A stretch of 58,653 bases of DNA, filler included, from Dimargaris cristalligena (lineage: Eukaryota): NCBI GenBank assembly GCA_003614675.1. It is 5 parts of 5 records of this genome, joined end to end, with 100 filler letters (N's around TTAATTAATTAA, not from the genome) between each part and the next. Parts side by side here need not be neighbours in the genome. Positions count along the whole stretch, not along the records: positions 11,763 to 23,419 come from ML003094.1; positions 23,520 to 35,175 come from ML003095.1; 3 more parts are not named here. One strand, 5' to 3'. The notes below the pieces were generated by a model. That model was not told the origin of the DNA. It did not search any database and saw only the letters and a list, made by a program, of their open reading frames with translations. Positions within the stretch are counted from its first letter, which is position 1. Every line of letters begins with the position of its first letter. The position numbers were made by a program, and so were the translations under genes. Of this stretch, positions 12,981 to 25,550 are shown piece by piece.

Positions 12981-13445
12981 TTAAAGTAGCCAGGTGACCC
13001 AGTTCATGCCGGTGCGCGGGAAATGCACCTTAATGAAGTCGTTCTTGTGGGTAAAAGTGACCTTGGCGGTGTCGGCATCGGCCGGCAGGTCCAGGATCCG
13101 TTTGTAGATACCAAACTTGGTATCAGCCACCACCTGCAGTTTCAGTTTGTCAATGTGGTAGCCGAACTTCACCAGGTTCTTGGCGTCGGTCCACTTGAAG
13201 GTCGCGGCGAAGTGGGCGTCGGTGGTTTCGGTTTCGACGGCGGGATTGAAGCAGGCGTGCTTGGCTTTGGCCGCGGCGACGGCGGCAGCATCGGGGGCCG
13301 GAGCGGGGGGGGCCTTCTTAGCGGGTTCGGCGGCGACAGTGAAGAACGTATGGGCCGAGTTGTTGGGGAGGGGCTCCACGACGTTACCGCCGGCTTTTTC
13401 GGTGACGCGGTAGAAGCGGTCTTGGAAGGGCTGGAAAGGGGGCAT
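12981..13445 (-). CDS. 154-aa protein with a divergent HSP20/alpha-crystallin-like C-terminal domain
   Basis: gccATG start, strong C/G-ending codon bias, TATA-like TATATAAA about 150 nt upstream. ETTDAHFAATF..KLQVV..GIYKRILDLPADADTAKVTFTHKNDFIKVHFPR follows the alpha-crystallin beta7-beta9 pattern (FxRxxxLPxxxDxxxxxAxxxNGVLxVxxPK). Confidence 0.65.
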   Translation of the reverse strand: MPPFQPFQDRFYRVTEKAGGNVVEPLPNNSAHTFFTVAAEPAKKAPPAPAPDAAAVAAAKAKHACFNPAVETETTDAHFAATFKWTDAKNLVKFGYHIDKLKLQVVADTKFGIYKRILDLPADADTAKVTFTHKNDFIKVHFPRTGMNWVTWLL

Positions 13446-16400
13446 GGCGAAGGGCGAGTGGTAAGAAACGAAGGGAAGGGTGGAAGCGTAAGATTACAGA
13501 AGTAATGCGATGAATTAAAGATGCAGATCTGGGCGAGCAAAGAGCAGGCTGAGGTGGAAGGTGATGATGAAGATGAAGATTAGAGCGAGCGACGTCTTTA
13601 TATACGGCAGCTGTGGGCAGATTCTAGCCCGTGTGGGGGCGGACTTTCCTTCTTTCTTCTCCTCTCCCCACCCTTTCCTCCTCCCCCAACCCCTCCCCTA
13701 CCCGGTCCCCCATCGACCTGTCCCACCACTGCTGTACGTGCCCCACCCACTTCTGGCCCACGGTTTGCTTGAGCAGCTCCCTCCTCCCCCCATTCTTTCA
13801 TTCTGTCGATACTTCTGCACTGCCATGGTCCATAGTAGTGCACTCCATTGTTCAGCCCTTCTATTTGGGTTTATTATTCCAATCAGAAGCGGGATGGGTG
13901 GATTATCATCTAGTAAGGCTTGTTATTACATTTCATTGCCAATGTTTATTCTGTTGGTGAATCAGCTGCTGTGGCCGCAGCCCACTCCTTCTCACATTTT
14001 GGGGCTTTGCCATGCTTATTGTCGTCGTCCCCTTGGTCAGTTTGTCATTGGCAATACCCTGTGGTGCCACCCGCCGCGTCTTTATCACCGTGGTCGGAGT
14101 CGGGACCGGGGCCGCAGTAGGTGCTCCGATGACCCCTTGTCTAGATGTTATTTGGTCAGCCATTCCCTTGGTATTCGACTTCGACTTCGGCGGCCTTGCG
14201 GCTTCTATAGACCACTATTTTTTTGATCTTTCTATAGTTCAGGTCCACACTGGAATGAAGTAAGTGAGAGGAAGGAGGCCAAAGGGTGCCCCTCTATCCG
14301 TCCGTTGAACCTACGTACCAACTGGATTGAGCTATTAGACAATATTCCCAGCCGCGTGGGACTATATACCCAGCAGGACTGTGCAGCGGACCGTGAACCC
14401 TCTCCAGAAAGTGCCTGTCCCCCCTCTTTTTACACAGGAAAATCTCAGTATCAATAGTAGTATCAATCCGAGCAACAGTAGCCTCTCAGTGTTCATTCAA
14501 CAGCTCCCATTGGTGGTGCACGGTCTCTTCTAACTGACCAGTACTCAATGATTAGCCTTGTTTGCCGGTTCGTTTACTTTTCATCCCTTGATTGTTTCCA
14601 ACCTACCAGGCGGCCTCCCGTGCGTAACACTTTGATGTAATTAGATAAGCCCTAACTCATCTCCCCCTCTCCGCCTCGGTTCGACCAGGTTAGAGGTGCG
14701 GGGGTAGGAGGGGGAGCTGCTCGGGAAGACCGTACAGTAGGCTCGGGCGATGTCATGCAAGTAGGGAACGGAGGTAGTCGGCCATGCTGATTTGGTGGTT
14801 CCGAAGTGACAGGCCTGTGCATCGGAGAGGTGTCCCGTCGTTGCTTTATTCCACCCGCCTAGCCTGACAGGTGATTGTCGGATGCATCTGGCCTAGATGA
14901 TGGCGGTATTGCCACTCCCCAACCTTGCCCAACTTAGTTTTTCCTGGCCCGAGACCGGTTTGGTTTTTTGGGGTTGCTTTGGGTTTGGGTGGGTAGAGCA
15001 AGGGGTGAAATCCACGACAGTTTCTTTCTTTTCCCTTTGCCCGCCTCCCTCCCCAACCGCGCCATCATTTTTCCATCCCCCAACCACTATTTCAAACTCC
15101 GACTACCGCGATTGGTCAGTGTCTGGTCTCAAATGGTCACGAGTAACCCACCACGATAAGAAGGAGGGGTTGCCACAGGCCTTAATTGTAATAGGGTAAT
15201 TCCTTTGCTATTTATTTATTTATTTTCTTTCTCAATGACGAACTCGGCTTCCAAAGACAAGTAGTCCTTTTCATCGATTGTCCCAAAACAGAGCAAAGTT
15301 TCTATTCTAGTGAGAAAGAGAGGATGGTGTCAGTCTCGCACTCCCCCCCTCTCTCTACCCCATGAGCATCCCACCTGAGCCCGAAAATCTCCCCATTTAT
15401 GTCACTCGGACGGGTCGTTTCAAGATAGATATTCGGGATAAAATCAAAACAAACGCCATGGAAGTCACTTCGTCCAGCGGGGGAGTAGGGCGAGAGGCAG
15501 GCGGCGCTTAAAATACACATCTTCTTTAGGAATTTTCAAACTCGAATACCAATGCCGTCGGGGCGACCCTCTCCTTCCAAGCACAGGTCGGGTGACGAAA
15601 ACAATTTTTACATTCGGCCACCTTGTGGATGATGGGTCGTCTGACTGCCGTTAATCCAGCCAACCGCACCTCCCTTTTACAGCAGTTGTTATTTGTCTAC
15701 CTCATTTGTTTCAGAAAAAGGTAGAGAGAGAAAGCGTGAAAAATATACTTACGTATTCCGATAGGCCTGGCTAACTATCCCTGATTAGTAAGGCCTGCCC
15801 CATCCAGCATTAAATCTAATATTGCCGAACGGCTGCAGCTATAGTTCGGCTAGTCCCCCTGGGAAGTTTCCCCCCTTTTTTTATTTAAATATATATATAT
15901 AGAAACATCAAACTCAAACTCAAACTCAACCTACCATAAACAATTCACTTTCCGAATCACCGAACTAATAATTGAAAAAATAGCCAAGCCGCTTTTATGA
16001 CGCTTACGGTCTCGTCACTAATCCGTTAAAAGCATTTTCCTTACGCTATAGGGCTGTGTTGCATTGGTGTCCAATATTTGAAACACCCAGACTACCACCG
16101 ACCGACCCTCCTCCCAACAACACCGCCAAGAAAGATGGGGGGAATTGTAACTATATCTGGGAAGGGGTAACAAGCCCATTGTCAATACACTCCATTACTC
16201 TACACGTCACAACAAGGGCTCTGGGCGCCGCCTCCCCGCCGCCTTACATCATATTGAGCCGAACCGAATGGTATGGTAATTAATGCCATTTTAAGTTAAA
16301 ATGAGGCTAGTTTGGGTAGTGGGGGCCCCCTCGGTGCCTATTTTCCTGTACGCGTGCTGCTTAACCGCTGTTCATTCTTTCCCTCCTACTGCTGTAGACT

Positions 16401-18579
16401 ACTGGTTCTATTTTTCCATCCCCTCTTGCCTAATTATTTGGAAGATCTCGGTACAGTTAGGCTTTGGGGGAAAGCAAGATAGAGGTGGTGCGTAGGGGGG
16501 GGTGAAAAATTGTGAAACGCGGAGGGAAGAGGCAAGGAGGTGGTAGATGAGTGGGGGAGGGGGCAAAATATGCCAAAAATGCTCATAGCCACAGGTGGAG
16601 TAGGAAATAAAATATACCGAATATTTAGATTTGTTTTTGCCATGTTTACAGAGGCTTAAAAGTAAGCACCCGCAACCTATGAAGACTCTCCCCGAAATGG
16701 CCCATTGGACGAGAGAACCCGTATTCCCCACTTGGCTGGCTACAATCATAATCAAAATCACCCCTCTTTGAGTACCACATTAATATACTAAACCAGGGAG
16801 GTTTTCCTAATTTTTCTATAAAAAAATAATATAATAGTAAAGGGCAATTGTAATTTCTCACATTGATCTTTTACTCTCGCAAAATTTTCATAGAGTTGGG
16901 ATGTGAACCCCCCCATCATGACTTCAATAGGATTCCATTTTCTCATGGCAAACAATTGTCAGCTGCAAGCAAAACATGCTTATTCTCAGACACCACCGCC
17001 GGCGAATGTGGTCAGTCTGTACCATCGACCACTAGCTCAGGCCAACGTCATTTATCAGTCACAAAGCTCAAACACCAAAGCAATGGGGTTAAAGGGGGAT
17101 GATTCAGGGAATGAATCAGTCGGATTGAATCAACCAAACGGCCATTCCGCCTGACGATTGATACCACTTTTTTTCATTATGAGGGGCAAAAGTATATCGG
17201 TGCCTAATTATGGCAATACTTTTACAATATCCCGCTTATATATTATAGATGGTACTGGACACCCTGTTGGGGCCAAACCATCGAATCCAGCCATAGATGA
17301 ACAGGTGAGACAGACCTCTACGTCAAATGAAGACGTTCTCAAGTACAGCATAGGCGGGGGGAGGGAGGTCCTGCCTACTTGGCTATAAGGTTCTCTGTCA
17401 TTAGAGTACCGGGTAACGGATAGGGACTGGTCCAGTTGAAGCCCAAGGCATTTTCACACTCTCAGAATTAAGCAGGGGTAGGCGGCTCCTCGTTATTGTC
17501 CTATAGAGGCTCCGCCGGTTATTCAAGCCTATATAGCACACGCATCCCCCCTCCCATTATGGGCATTCCGACTTACTTCCGATCACCTAATTATCATTAA
17601 AAACCCGATGCCCCCACTAGAGTCGGTTGGCTTTTGCGTACAAAATGCTTCTCCCATCCCAGCCACCGCTTTTGTATAGATATATTCGCGAGGCTCTCCC
17701 AATACTCCACCTGTGTATACCACTATATTTAGTTGTATGTTTTATTAGACTGACCCCCCCCTCTTGATATACCCTAATAGCGCTGGTTATTCTAGGAAAC
17801 TATCCAAGCCTGCCTCCTTTTTAAGGTAAAGCGGTGATGCATGCTATCACTAAGTGGGGACCATGGTAACTAGAATTAGCCTAATGGATAGTTGACTTGA
17901 TTGGCTTTTAACAGCAGCAGAATCCTGAATGCGGACAAGGGATTATGGGTGCCTAGGGGCTGTAGTTCCAGCGGTATTTACCATACTTAGTAAATTCATT
18001 CCTGGTTTCAATGTAATACTATTTGCGGCAGTCTAATCATATGCACGTAAATTAATCCCCACACTCCATTAAATTTTATTGTATATTAGTAAATATGAAG
18101 TTGCACAGCAATATTGCACCGCCTTTGCAGATTTTTGTGTATACGATTATTACTGTCGTATGGCCGGTACACTAGTTTCCAAAGAGCACACACAATGAAC
18201 CTCCTTTATTGGGTCCGACTGTAACTTAATTAGCAATTCAACAGGGATGCCCAACTCGCTCGTGGATATTGCCAAGCAAGAAAAAAAAAGAACTTAGCCT
18301 AAATGTGGATCGAACCATTCATTTCGAATCAGAGGAGCCCCATCGGTAATTGGCTAATCGTAACGATTTATTACTTAATCCACAGTCATCAAGAGGCGGA
18401 TATAAAAAAGACATTAGCGTAGCCAAGACAGACTTGGACTATTTTTTTTTAAAAAAATGAGCAAATCGATAAAGAGAATGAACCATGGTTGGGGATTATT
18501 TCAATTAACCCACACCCAGGGTCAACCGCTGTGGTCACGTTATAGCTCAATTAGAATTATTTTTTTTAAAAATAACTTA

Positions 18580-19614
18580 TTAAAAGTCGCCGGCATAGGC
18601 CGCGAAGTTCTGCGTCCACATGTTGCCGACGCGGGCAATCGCGATGCGGTGGTTATCCGTGCTCATAATGTTAGCGTAGTGCCCGGGGGAGGCGATCCAG
18701 GAGTCCATGACTTCCTGTTCGGTGGTTTGTCCTCCGGCGACATTCTCCGCAATGGAGGTCCAGGTCTTACCCAGGGCATCCATCCGAACGCTCATGGAAC
18801 CACTGGGGTCATCGTGGGTCACTTTGCCGGACGTTTCCATGTATTTTGTGTGGGCCAGAGCCATCTTTTCCAAAGTGGCGTCGTAAATCAGGGCCGGCAA
18901 ACTCTTCTTGGCCCGCTCGGTATTCACCAACTTCAAAGCGAGCTGATTGTCGGCCGTGTTACCCGAGCTGGCCACGGGAGGGGAAACCGGAGTGGAGGTA
19001 GGAACCGCCACGGGAGTCGTCTTGGTTACCAAAGGAGTAACACTGGCGGCAGTGGTCTTGGTGACGGTGGGAGTAATGCTGGCGGGAGTTACCGAGACGA
19101 CGGGAGTCACTGAAACCGCGCTGGTGCTCGAGATGACTTCGGGGGTCTTGGTCTCATTAGTGGTTACTGGGACCACCGACGAGCTAGTTGCGATGGTCGT
19201 AGTTTGGGCAGCTTTGGTGGGAGTTACCGAAGCGGCCGAGGAAGACGTGGTCATCGAAATAGCGGTAGTCGAGTCGGACGTGGTAACAACTACACTGGTG
19301 CTAGATTCGGCAGCAATTGGAGTAGTAGAAGACGACTCATCGTCGATGGTGGCGGTAGTAGCCGCGGCACTGGACGACACGGTGTTGGAAATCACCTGGG
19401 GCCGAATGTAGCCAAGCAGCGCCGGGGACATCGAGGTGGGAATGGTGATAGATTCGCTGGTGGAAATATCGGTAGGGGTTTGCGTCTCCACAGTGGTGCT
19501 GTCCAGGGCGATGGACGTGGTGGCAGATAGGTGAGGGCGACATTTCAGCGGAACTGGGAGGGCGTTAATGGTGACAGCCAGTGTCAACATACCGATGATA
19601 TTAAGAACCTTCAT
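18580..19614 (-). CDS. Secreted CAP/SCP-domain protein with a long Ser/Thr-rich linker, 344 aa
   Basis: Signal peptide MKVLNIIGMLTLAVTINA; about 200 aa S/T/P/V-rich; C-terminal LVNTERAKKSLPAL..ALAHTKYM..VTH..IAENVAGG..VMDSWIASPGHYANIM..WTQNF. Confidence 0.9.
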   Translation of the reverse strand: MKVLNIIGMLTLAVTINALPVPLKCRPHLSATTSIALDSTTVETQTPTDISTSESITIPTSMSPALLGYIRPQVISNTVSSSAAATTATIDDESSSTTPIAAESSTSVVVTTSDSTTAISMTTSSSAASVTPTKAAQTTTIATSSSVVPVTTNETKTPEVISSTSAVSVTPVVSVTPASITPTVTKTTAASVTPLVTKTTPVAVPTSTPVSPPVASSGNTADNQLALKLVNTERAKKSLPALIYDATLEKMALAHTKYMETSGKVTHDDPSGSMSVRMDALGKTWTSIAENVAGGQTTEQEVMDSWIASPGHYANIMSTDNHRIAIARVGNMWTQNFAAYAGDF

Positions 19615-22600
19615 TATGAATGGTGATGTAGGAAGGGGAGGGAACTGGGGTAAAAAGAGTGAGGTATAGTCGACTAATAGTACTGAAGGCTTCGGGGTAA
19701 AACTGTAATGATAAATAAGCAATTTGCTTTAAAAGGCGTTCGTGCAGAAGATTACTTGAATTCAAAAGGTCAAATGCGAGAGGATGAGACTGAGTACCAG
19801 ACACAGAATCGAATGGGCGTGCGGAATGCTAAGAAAATGATATGGGTGTATAAATGTGTGTGCGTTGAAAAATAATTGCAATATCGAGAACTGAAAGTGA
19901 AACGAACCTAAAGGTAGGAATAGTTAATTAAAGATATGATCAGATATAATGTGAGTTGATCGAGTAAAAAGCGACGGAACTTGCTAGCCACCAGTGACTA
20001 AACCAAGATAATGTGTCGGTAAGGGGGGATAATTAGCGTAAGGGAGAAATGATAATTGTGGTATATTTGGTGAGGGCCAGACTTTGTCACTTTATATGAT
20101 TGGGGCCATCATTGATGGCGACTTGCCCGGCTAATTAAGCCGGGAAGCTGGTGTGGGCGTCGATGTTTGAGGGGCAATTGTTGCATAGCAACCTACCTAA
20201 AGTAAAAGGGAGCGGAAAGGATGGGAATGCGAAGAGGTGATCCCAGTGATAGTGCTGCCGGATAAACAGATGCCCCAGCCTCGTTCAGGATTGCTCTCCC
20301 CCCTTCCTAAGAAGGAGGATCGTATTAAATCCAATGACTGTAGGAGCAAATTGGCTGGAGGTGGTATGGCGGAAGCTTAGAATGATCAACAGAATAAGGT
20401 ACCATTCGAACACCCACCCTTCATCCCACTGAATTAATGGCGATTCAATACCAAGTCAAAGTGGGTTGAACGGTCCTTGTCCCCTTTATCCATTACACTC
20501 TCACCCACTTCCCTCTCCACTTCTATACACAAGGGCCATCCCTCTGTAGCTTTTTTTTTTAAAAATAAAGTCGAGAAAAGACACCATCTCAGCTCCCCAC
20601 TTCGAATATCTGACTAAAGTATCCGCTAGATGGGCTATGCCCCAAGGAACTGATAAAATGTTCCTAAACTCCTTTTAGCCAGACCAGCGACTGGTCTTGA
20701 AAGTCTTGATCGCCACCCTGCGTCGATTACAGTAGGTTTCCATATATGGTGGGATTGTATTGGAATATTCGGTATTCGTGGATGGTTCCCTCCTTGGTAT
20801 TTGCCTTTATCCTACCTACTTCTATCCTTATGTTTATAGTATCGCCCAACACTATTGGCCATAGCCACCCTAGTAAATAAAACCCACAAGACCCACTGAC
20901 CGTATCCTCCATTAAACCAAAATAAATAGTATGGGGGTGCTGCTTATACTTGGCGGGCTTACTCGTCATTGTCACTCGAGAACTGGCCCTAAACACTTTG
21001 CCTCTAAGTACGAATTCATTGGAGCCCAATGCGATATGGCCCAGCACGGGGAAATCCCGATGATCCCGTGCCCTAGTGTTTTGCCGAGGCATGGCTCCAG
21101 CTACTTTCGCCAACTCTCCAGAGTGATAATACCCACGCGACTGTAACCCAGGAACACTCTTATGACCAATCACTGTTCAAAGCGACGGCAAAGGGTGAAT
21201 GCTCACTGGACTTTAAAAAAGCGTTCGACTTCCCCGACATTCCCGTTCCGCCACCTATAGGGCAGCTTTATGATGGCTGGACTATTCGATTATGTAATGG
21301 GCATTTGATAGGAGTTTTTTTATATTGTCATACGAATTAAGTAGTTCGGGTATGAACGCGGTAACGGGAGCCAGTCATCACACTGAAGTCCGTCAACACT
21401 GGCTCCACTGCGCTGATGCATTAAAAGCCACCTTCGCTTATTCGTCAGTATCGCCACTTCTATTCTCACCATGTAATTGCGAGTGGGAAATAATGGGTGA
21501 TATTCACATTTGCTCAGTCGAGATCGCTGAAAATGAGGGTAACGAGGACCTACAGATTTAAAGAATAGGCAGGCTTCAATCTGGGGAAATGGTTCTTGGA
21601 CGTGCATAACAAGACTCAGCGAGTGACAGTAACATAGTTATATACGCCATCCTTCCATAGACTGTTCGGTAATCGAGTGAAAAAGCGAGACCTTCGCCCC
21701 GATTGATTCATTACCAAGTAGGGGTAGTCCTAGCATCTTTCGTCATTTTAGTTTTCGACTGCTGCCGAAAAAAATAATGTGGATTAAACCGGTTTCTCGG
21801 ACTTAATTCCGTTGGGGTGGCGGTGAAGGCCAGAAAGGTAGATCATCCATCATCAAGCCTGGCAAGCGATGAGGCTCCCAACGGACCGCTCATTGGCCTC
21901 AATAGCTCTCCGAGCGATCCAGAATGGTTTTGTGACTAACCGAATTAGGATAGAGTCGGTTGATACCATATCCATAATTGGAGGGTGGATACACTGAGTA
22001 AAGTATGGAATAGCAGGGCGGAGTCACCATTATGAAACAGCCGTGGAGGCACTCTGTATCCACACTGGCCAACTTCGTAACGGTATAACGACACTGTAGT
22101 GGGGGGCCCTTTTAAAAGTGTAAGCCCAGAAGCGGTGCTTAGGGCCAAAGTTGCCAATCCACAATCCAGCCGGTCCGCAATACCACTTAAGGAGAAGTGG
22201 TTCCCGTAGCCCCCCCCCCTTAACTGATAAGGGTGTGCTCATTGAAAAATCACAATTTACCAATGTTTTCTACTTCCAATGGTGAACAAAAATATATGAA
22301 CGAGTAAACATAAGTATAATTTCATTAATAATCCCATTCGGACTATAATGCAGCTTGGGTAAATGCATTGACCTCTTAAAGTCACTTTCAAATTCAACTA
22401 TAATTTAAATATAGGTGTATAATATAGCCGTTAGGCGAAGTGGGCCACACGGCTACAGAACGCCTACAGCAGTCCACCAATTTAATTACCCGGCTCGCTC
22501 CCCCGCCTACACCAGACAAGCGGTGAACTGTAGCCGCCCCAGCCAACATACAAATAGTCAAGAAGTATATGTCGAATAGACATGCCACGAAATCAACTAT

Positions 22601-23364
22601 CCAAGTTTCTATTAAATAATTATAAAATAAATGGTTTAGAATGCTTCACTTTAGAACTCTATCCCATCCAACTCGCCATTTGGTTGGTTTTCATATCCTC
22701 CCTACTCGGAAATCCAGCTTCTCCAAAGGCCCTTACTCGGCCTACCCGTTGCAATTAGTCACCCAGAGCCAGTAAGTTACCCGTGACCAATTAATCAGTT
22801 TAGTTAAGTAAAATGAATATCTGAGTAGTAGTGCAATAGTTGGTTATTGAGAACTACGGGGATATCTAAGGTTAACCTAGTCTCCCGGATGAGCAGACCT
22901 CGATAACCGAGCAATGGATGCCCCCCAATTGCGAGCCCCGTTTATAAAGCGGAAACTATACACACGTCATCCACGGTTTCTCGTATTTTAACCAATAATT
23001 TTAGTTTTCGAATTTATGTTCGGCCTTCCCCCTTTAGTTAATTCGGGCCCTACTTGGCCTACCGTTATAGTAGGGTAGCTACTGTCCAGTTGCTACAAAA
23101 TCGTATCTAGCTCCTCATAGATCTCCGCATCACTCCGTTTAAATTATAATATCTTATCATATTAATATAACTGGCATTGCTATTAGTTGTATCAGCAGAC
23201 TGAAAATATGGCATCTCAATTTTGGCGTATTTACACACCGTATTCACGACTCATCCGGGGACTGTTTTTTTTGTGATAGAGGCCCCTCACTGATGAGGCT
23301 GTTTAAAGGTATACATAATTTTTCTACTATTAGAGCCGCAAAAAAAAGCGCAATGTCCAAAATT

Positions 23365-23419
23365 TGATTTCTGCCGGATTCGAACCGGCGACCGTCTGTG
23401 TGTTAGACAGACGTGATAA
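23365..23419 (-). tRNA. tRNA-Val(AAC), 5' end cut by the contig end
   Basis: Minus strand reads TTATCACG-TCTGT-CTAACAC-ACAGA-CGGTC-GCCGG-TTCGAAT-CCGGC-AGAAATC-A: anticodon arm with AAC, T-arm and 3' acceptor strand. T-runs (Pol III terminator-like) follow downstream. Confidence 0.88.
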
Positions 23420-23519
23420 NNNNNNNNNNNNNNNNNNNNNNNNNNNNNNNNNNNNNNNNNNNNTTAATTAATTAANNNNNNNNNNNNNNNNNNNNNNNNN
23501 NNNNNNNNNNNNNNNNNNN
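23420..23519. other. Artificial contig-joining spacer
   Basis: N44-TTAATTAATTAA-N44. Confidence 0.97.
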
Positions 23520-24960
23520 ATAGTTATTTAGTTTGGTTGATTTCTTATATATACCTTAGCAGCATCCCCTCAGTTGAAGGGACAAGTTAAATTTGAGATA
23601 AGTGTTTTTGTGATATGTTATTTTTGATATAAGCCTCTATTACTCAGAATAAACATTTATATTAACTTCACTAGATAATGCCAACAATTGTCCTTTACTC
23701 AATTTTATTTAATTATCTTATTACCACCACTCCTATTTGTTTTACTTTCATTCACTTAGTTTGAAGTTGTGGTATCTCTGAGTACTGAATTGATTATACC
23801 ACTTGATTATACCATTTTTTCATAATATTTTTAGTTTATTTTATTTTTCTTATCAAATAACAATGTGAGATAACAATGTACAATGTGATATATGACCAAA
23901 ATGTCAGTGGTGACTTCTCCATGGCCACCTCAGTCTTGACCCCCTTAAACCCAGCAAAGTCCAACCCTCTGCACTATATAACAAAATATGGTGACCCATC
24001 CAGTGGAAAGAAACTGGAGGTACCCCCTCCTACAGACACTCCCAAAGACAAACCAGCAGAGCCCCTTAAATTATTGGTAATACATTAAAGAGGATAAGTA
24101 AAAACTAATTAATATTCAGGCTCTGGAACACAGTCCCCAGCTATGCCTAGTCCATAATACTCAGTTCTATATTAATAAGTCCTATACCTACCATCAACCT
24201 AAGGAACGGACCCTATTCATTACTAAGTGGGGCCATATGGTGTCAGAGGATACCCTGGATAACTGGATCAAATCCCTATTACAGGAGGCCTAGATTATTA
24301 CCAACATCTTCTCAGCCCATTCCATTTGGGCTGCTGCATCTAAAGTAGCCTACCAACTCAGGTTTAGCCAGGAAGAGATCATGAAATCAGCTAACTGGTG
24401 TGCCTGGACTATGTCTATGGACTATTATGACTGGCCAACCCCATATAAAAATATGGCCAAATTGGTCCTGATGAATTATTCCCATGATAGAAGGGGTAAT
24501 CATCCCATTAGATGGCCTGACATAGTATAATGCAATTAAAGGGAAATTCTGACCCTCATAATCAGGAGGATAGCTGGCCCCACAGTGCTCTCCTTCAGGA
24601 GGACAACCTGCTGATGTACATAGTATTAGAAAAACCACAAGTTCTCTCACAGATGTAATCCGGGATTGATAATAATAAAGCTTGTCAAAATAATTAGAAT
24701 TGAGGAAAGAGCCGTAAGGAGATGATGAAGCTCTCTGTGGTAGTTTTTATTAAGGAAAATCTGATCAATAGGGGGCCAGTAAGCATGTACCACATCAGGA
24801 AGTGTATTCCACACTCGGGATGAGGTGGTTTTCTAACACATAGGGGTCCAACCAACCCCCCTAATGGGAGAGGATGGCAATCCCGTACCAGCATAAGAAT
24901 TACATCTTGCCCCAGAGGAATAACACTACCTGCCCAGTGGAGAAGAATTCTGCGCCTTTA
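23520..24960 (+). mobile_element. Decayed, CpG-depleted transposon relic, probably a DIRS-type (tyrosine recombinase) element; boundaries approximate
   Basis: Almost no CG dinucleotides from 23520 to ~24650, AT-rich, and contains the recombinase fragment below. Confidence 0.6.
24123..24440 (+). pseudogene. Tyrosine recombinase C-terminal half (DIRS-like), inactivated
   Basis: Reads LEHSPQLCLV..RTLFITKWGHMVSEDTLDNWIKSLLQEA*IITNIFSAHSIWAAASKVAYQLRFSQEEIMKSANWCAWTMSMDYYDWPT. This matches the DIRS recombinase pattern LCPV..LF..VSxDTIxxWIKxxLxxAGIDTxxFSAHSxR.A..ILxxANW..YxRP. In-frame TAG at 24291; the catalytic Arg of HxxR is TGG at 24327. Confidence 0.8.
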
Positions 24961-25530
24961 AATAAAATACTTTTATTTTACTAATATACCAATAGTTATT
25001 TCACGCCTGTACCTGCTCTTCTTAGTACCTTTTCTTTTTACTTCATCCTGACCCACTCGGTACTAGGCTATATTATCATTAAATGCAATGTAAAGTCATG
25101 GTGAAGGGCCATGGTAAATACTGAGAGCCATCATGCGCTAAGCACACCAATGTGAAATTGCCTAAACTGCTCATCTAGAGAGGGAAAATGACACAGTCAA
25201 TTAAGACTTAGTTATATGCCCTGCACCATTTGGCGGGCCGTGGCCATGGGTATGATTTAGTGGGGCGGTGGGGGGGCATACGAAGGTTCGAGAGGCGGGT
25301 AGGCAGAAATCCTCCTCCCTCCCCATCAGGAAAATAATTCAAATAAGAGGCAATAGGGGCACTGTCGGACAGTTACACCGAAGTGCCGGTAGTAGATTCT
25401 TGGTTGGACGTATATTACTTTTGGCCGATTTTTAAGAGAAAAAACAGAGGGGGGCAGATGGCCGGTTGCTGAGCGCCACATCCGACTGGTAGATTGGCAA
25501 GCCGGCGTCCTTCGTCCCTCTCGTTTCCTT

Positions 25531-25550
25531 TGTGTGTGTGTGTGTGTGTG
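25531..25550 (+). repeat. (TG)10 microsatellite
   Basis: Read directly. Confidence 0.9.

Noticed and set aside
13561..14263. 221-aa + strand ORF and overlapping short ORFs
   Set aside because: Non-ATG or weak starts, low-complexity translation and no motif; overlaps the promoter of the HSP20-like gene. A small exon on the minus strand cannot be excluded.
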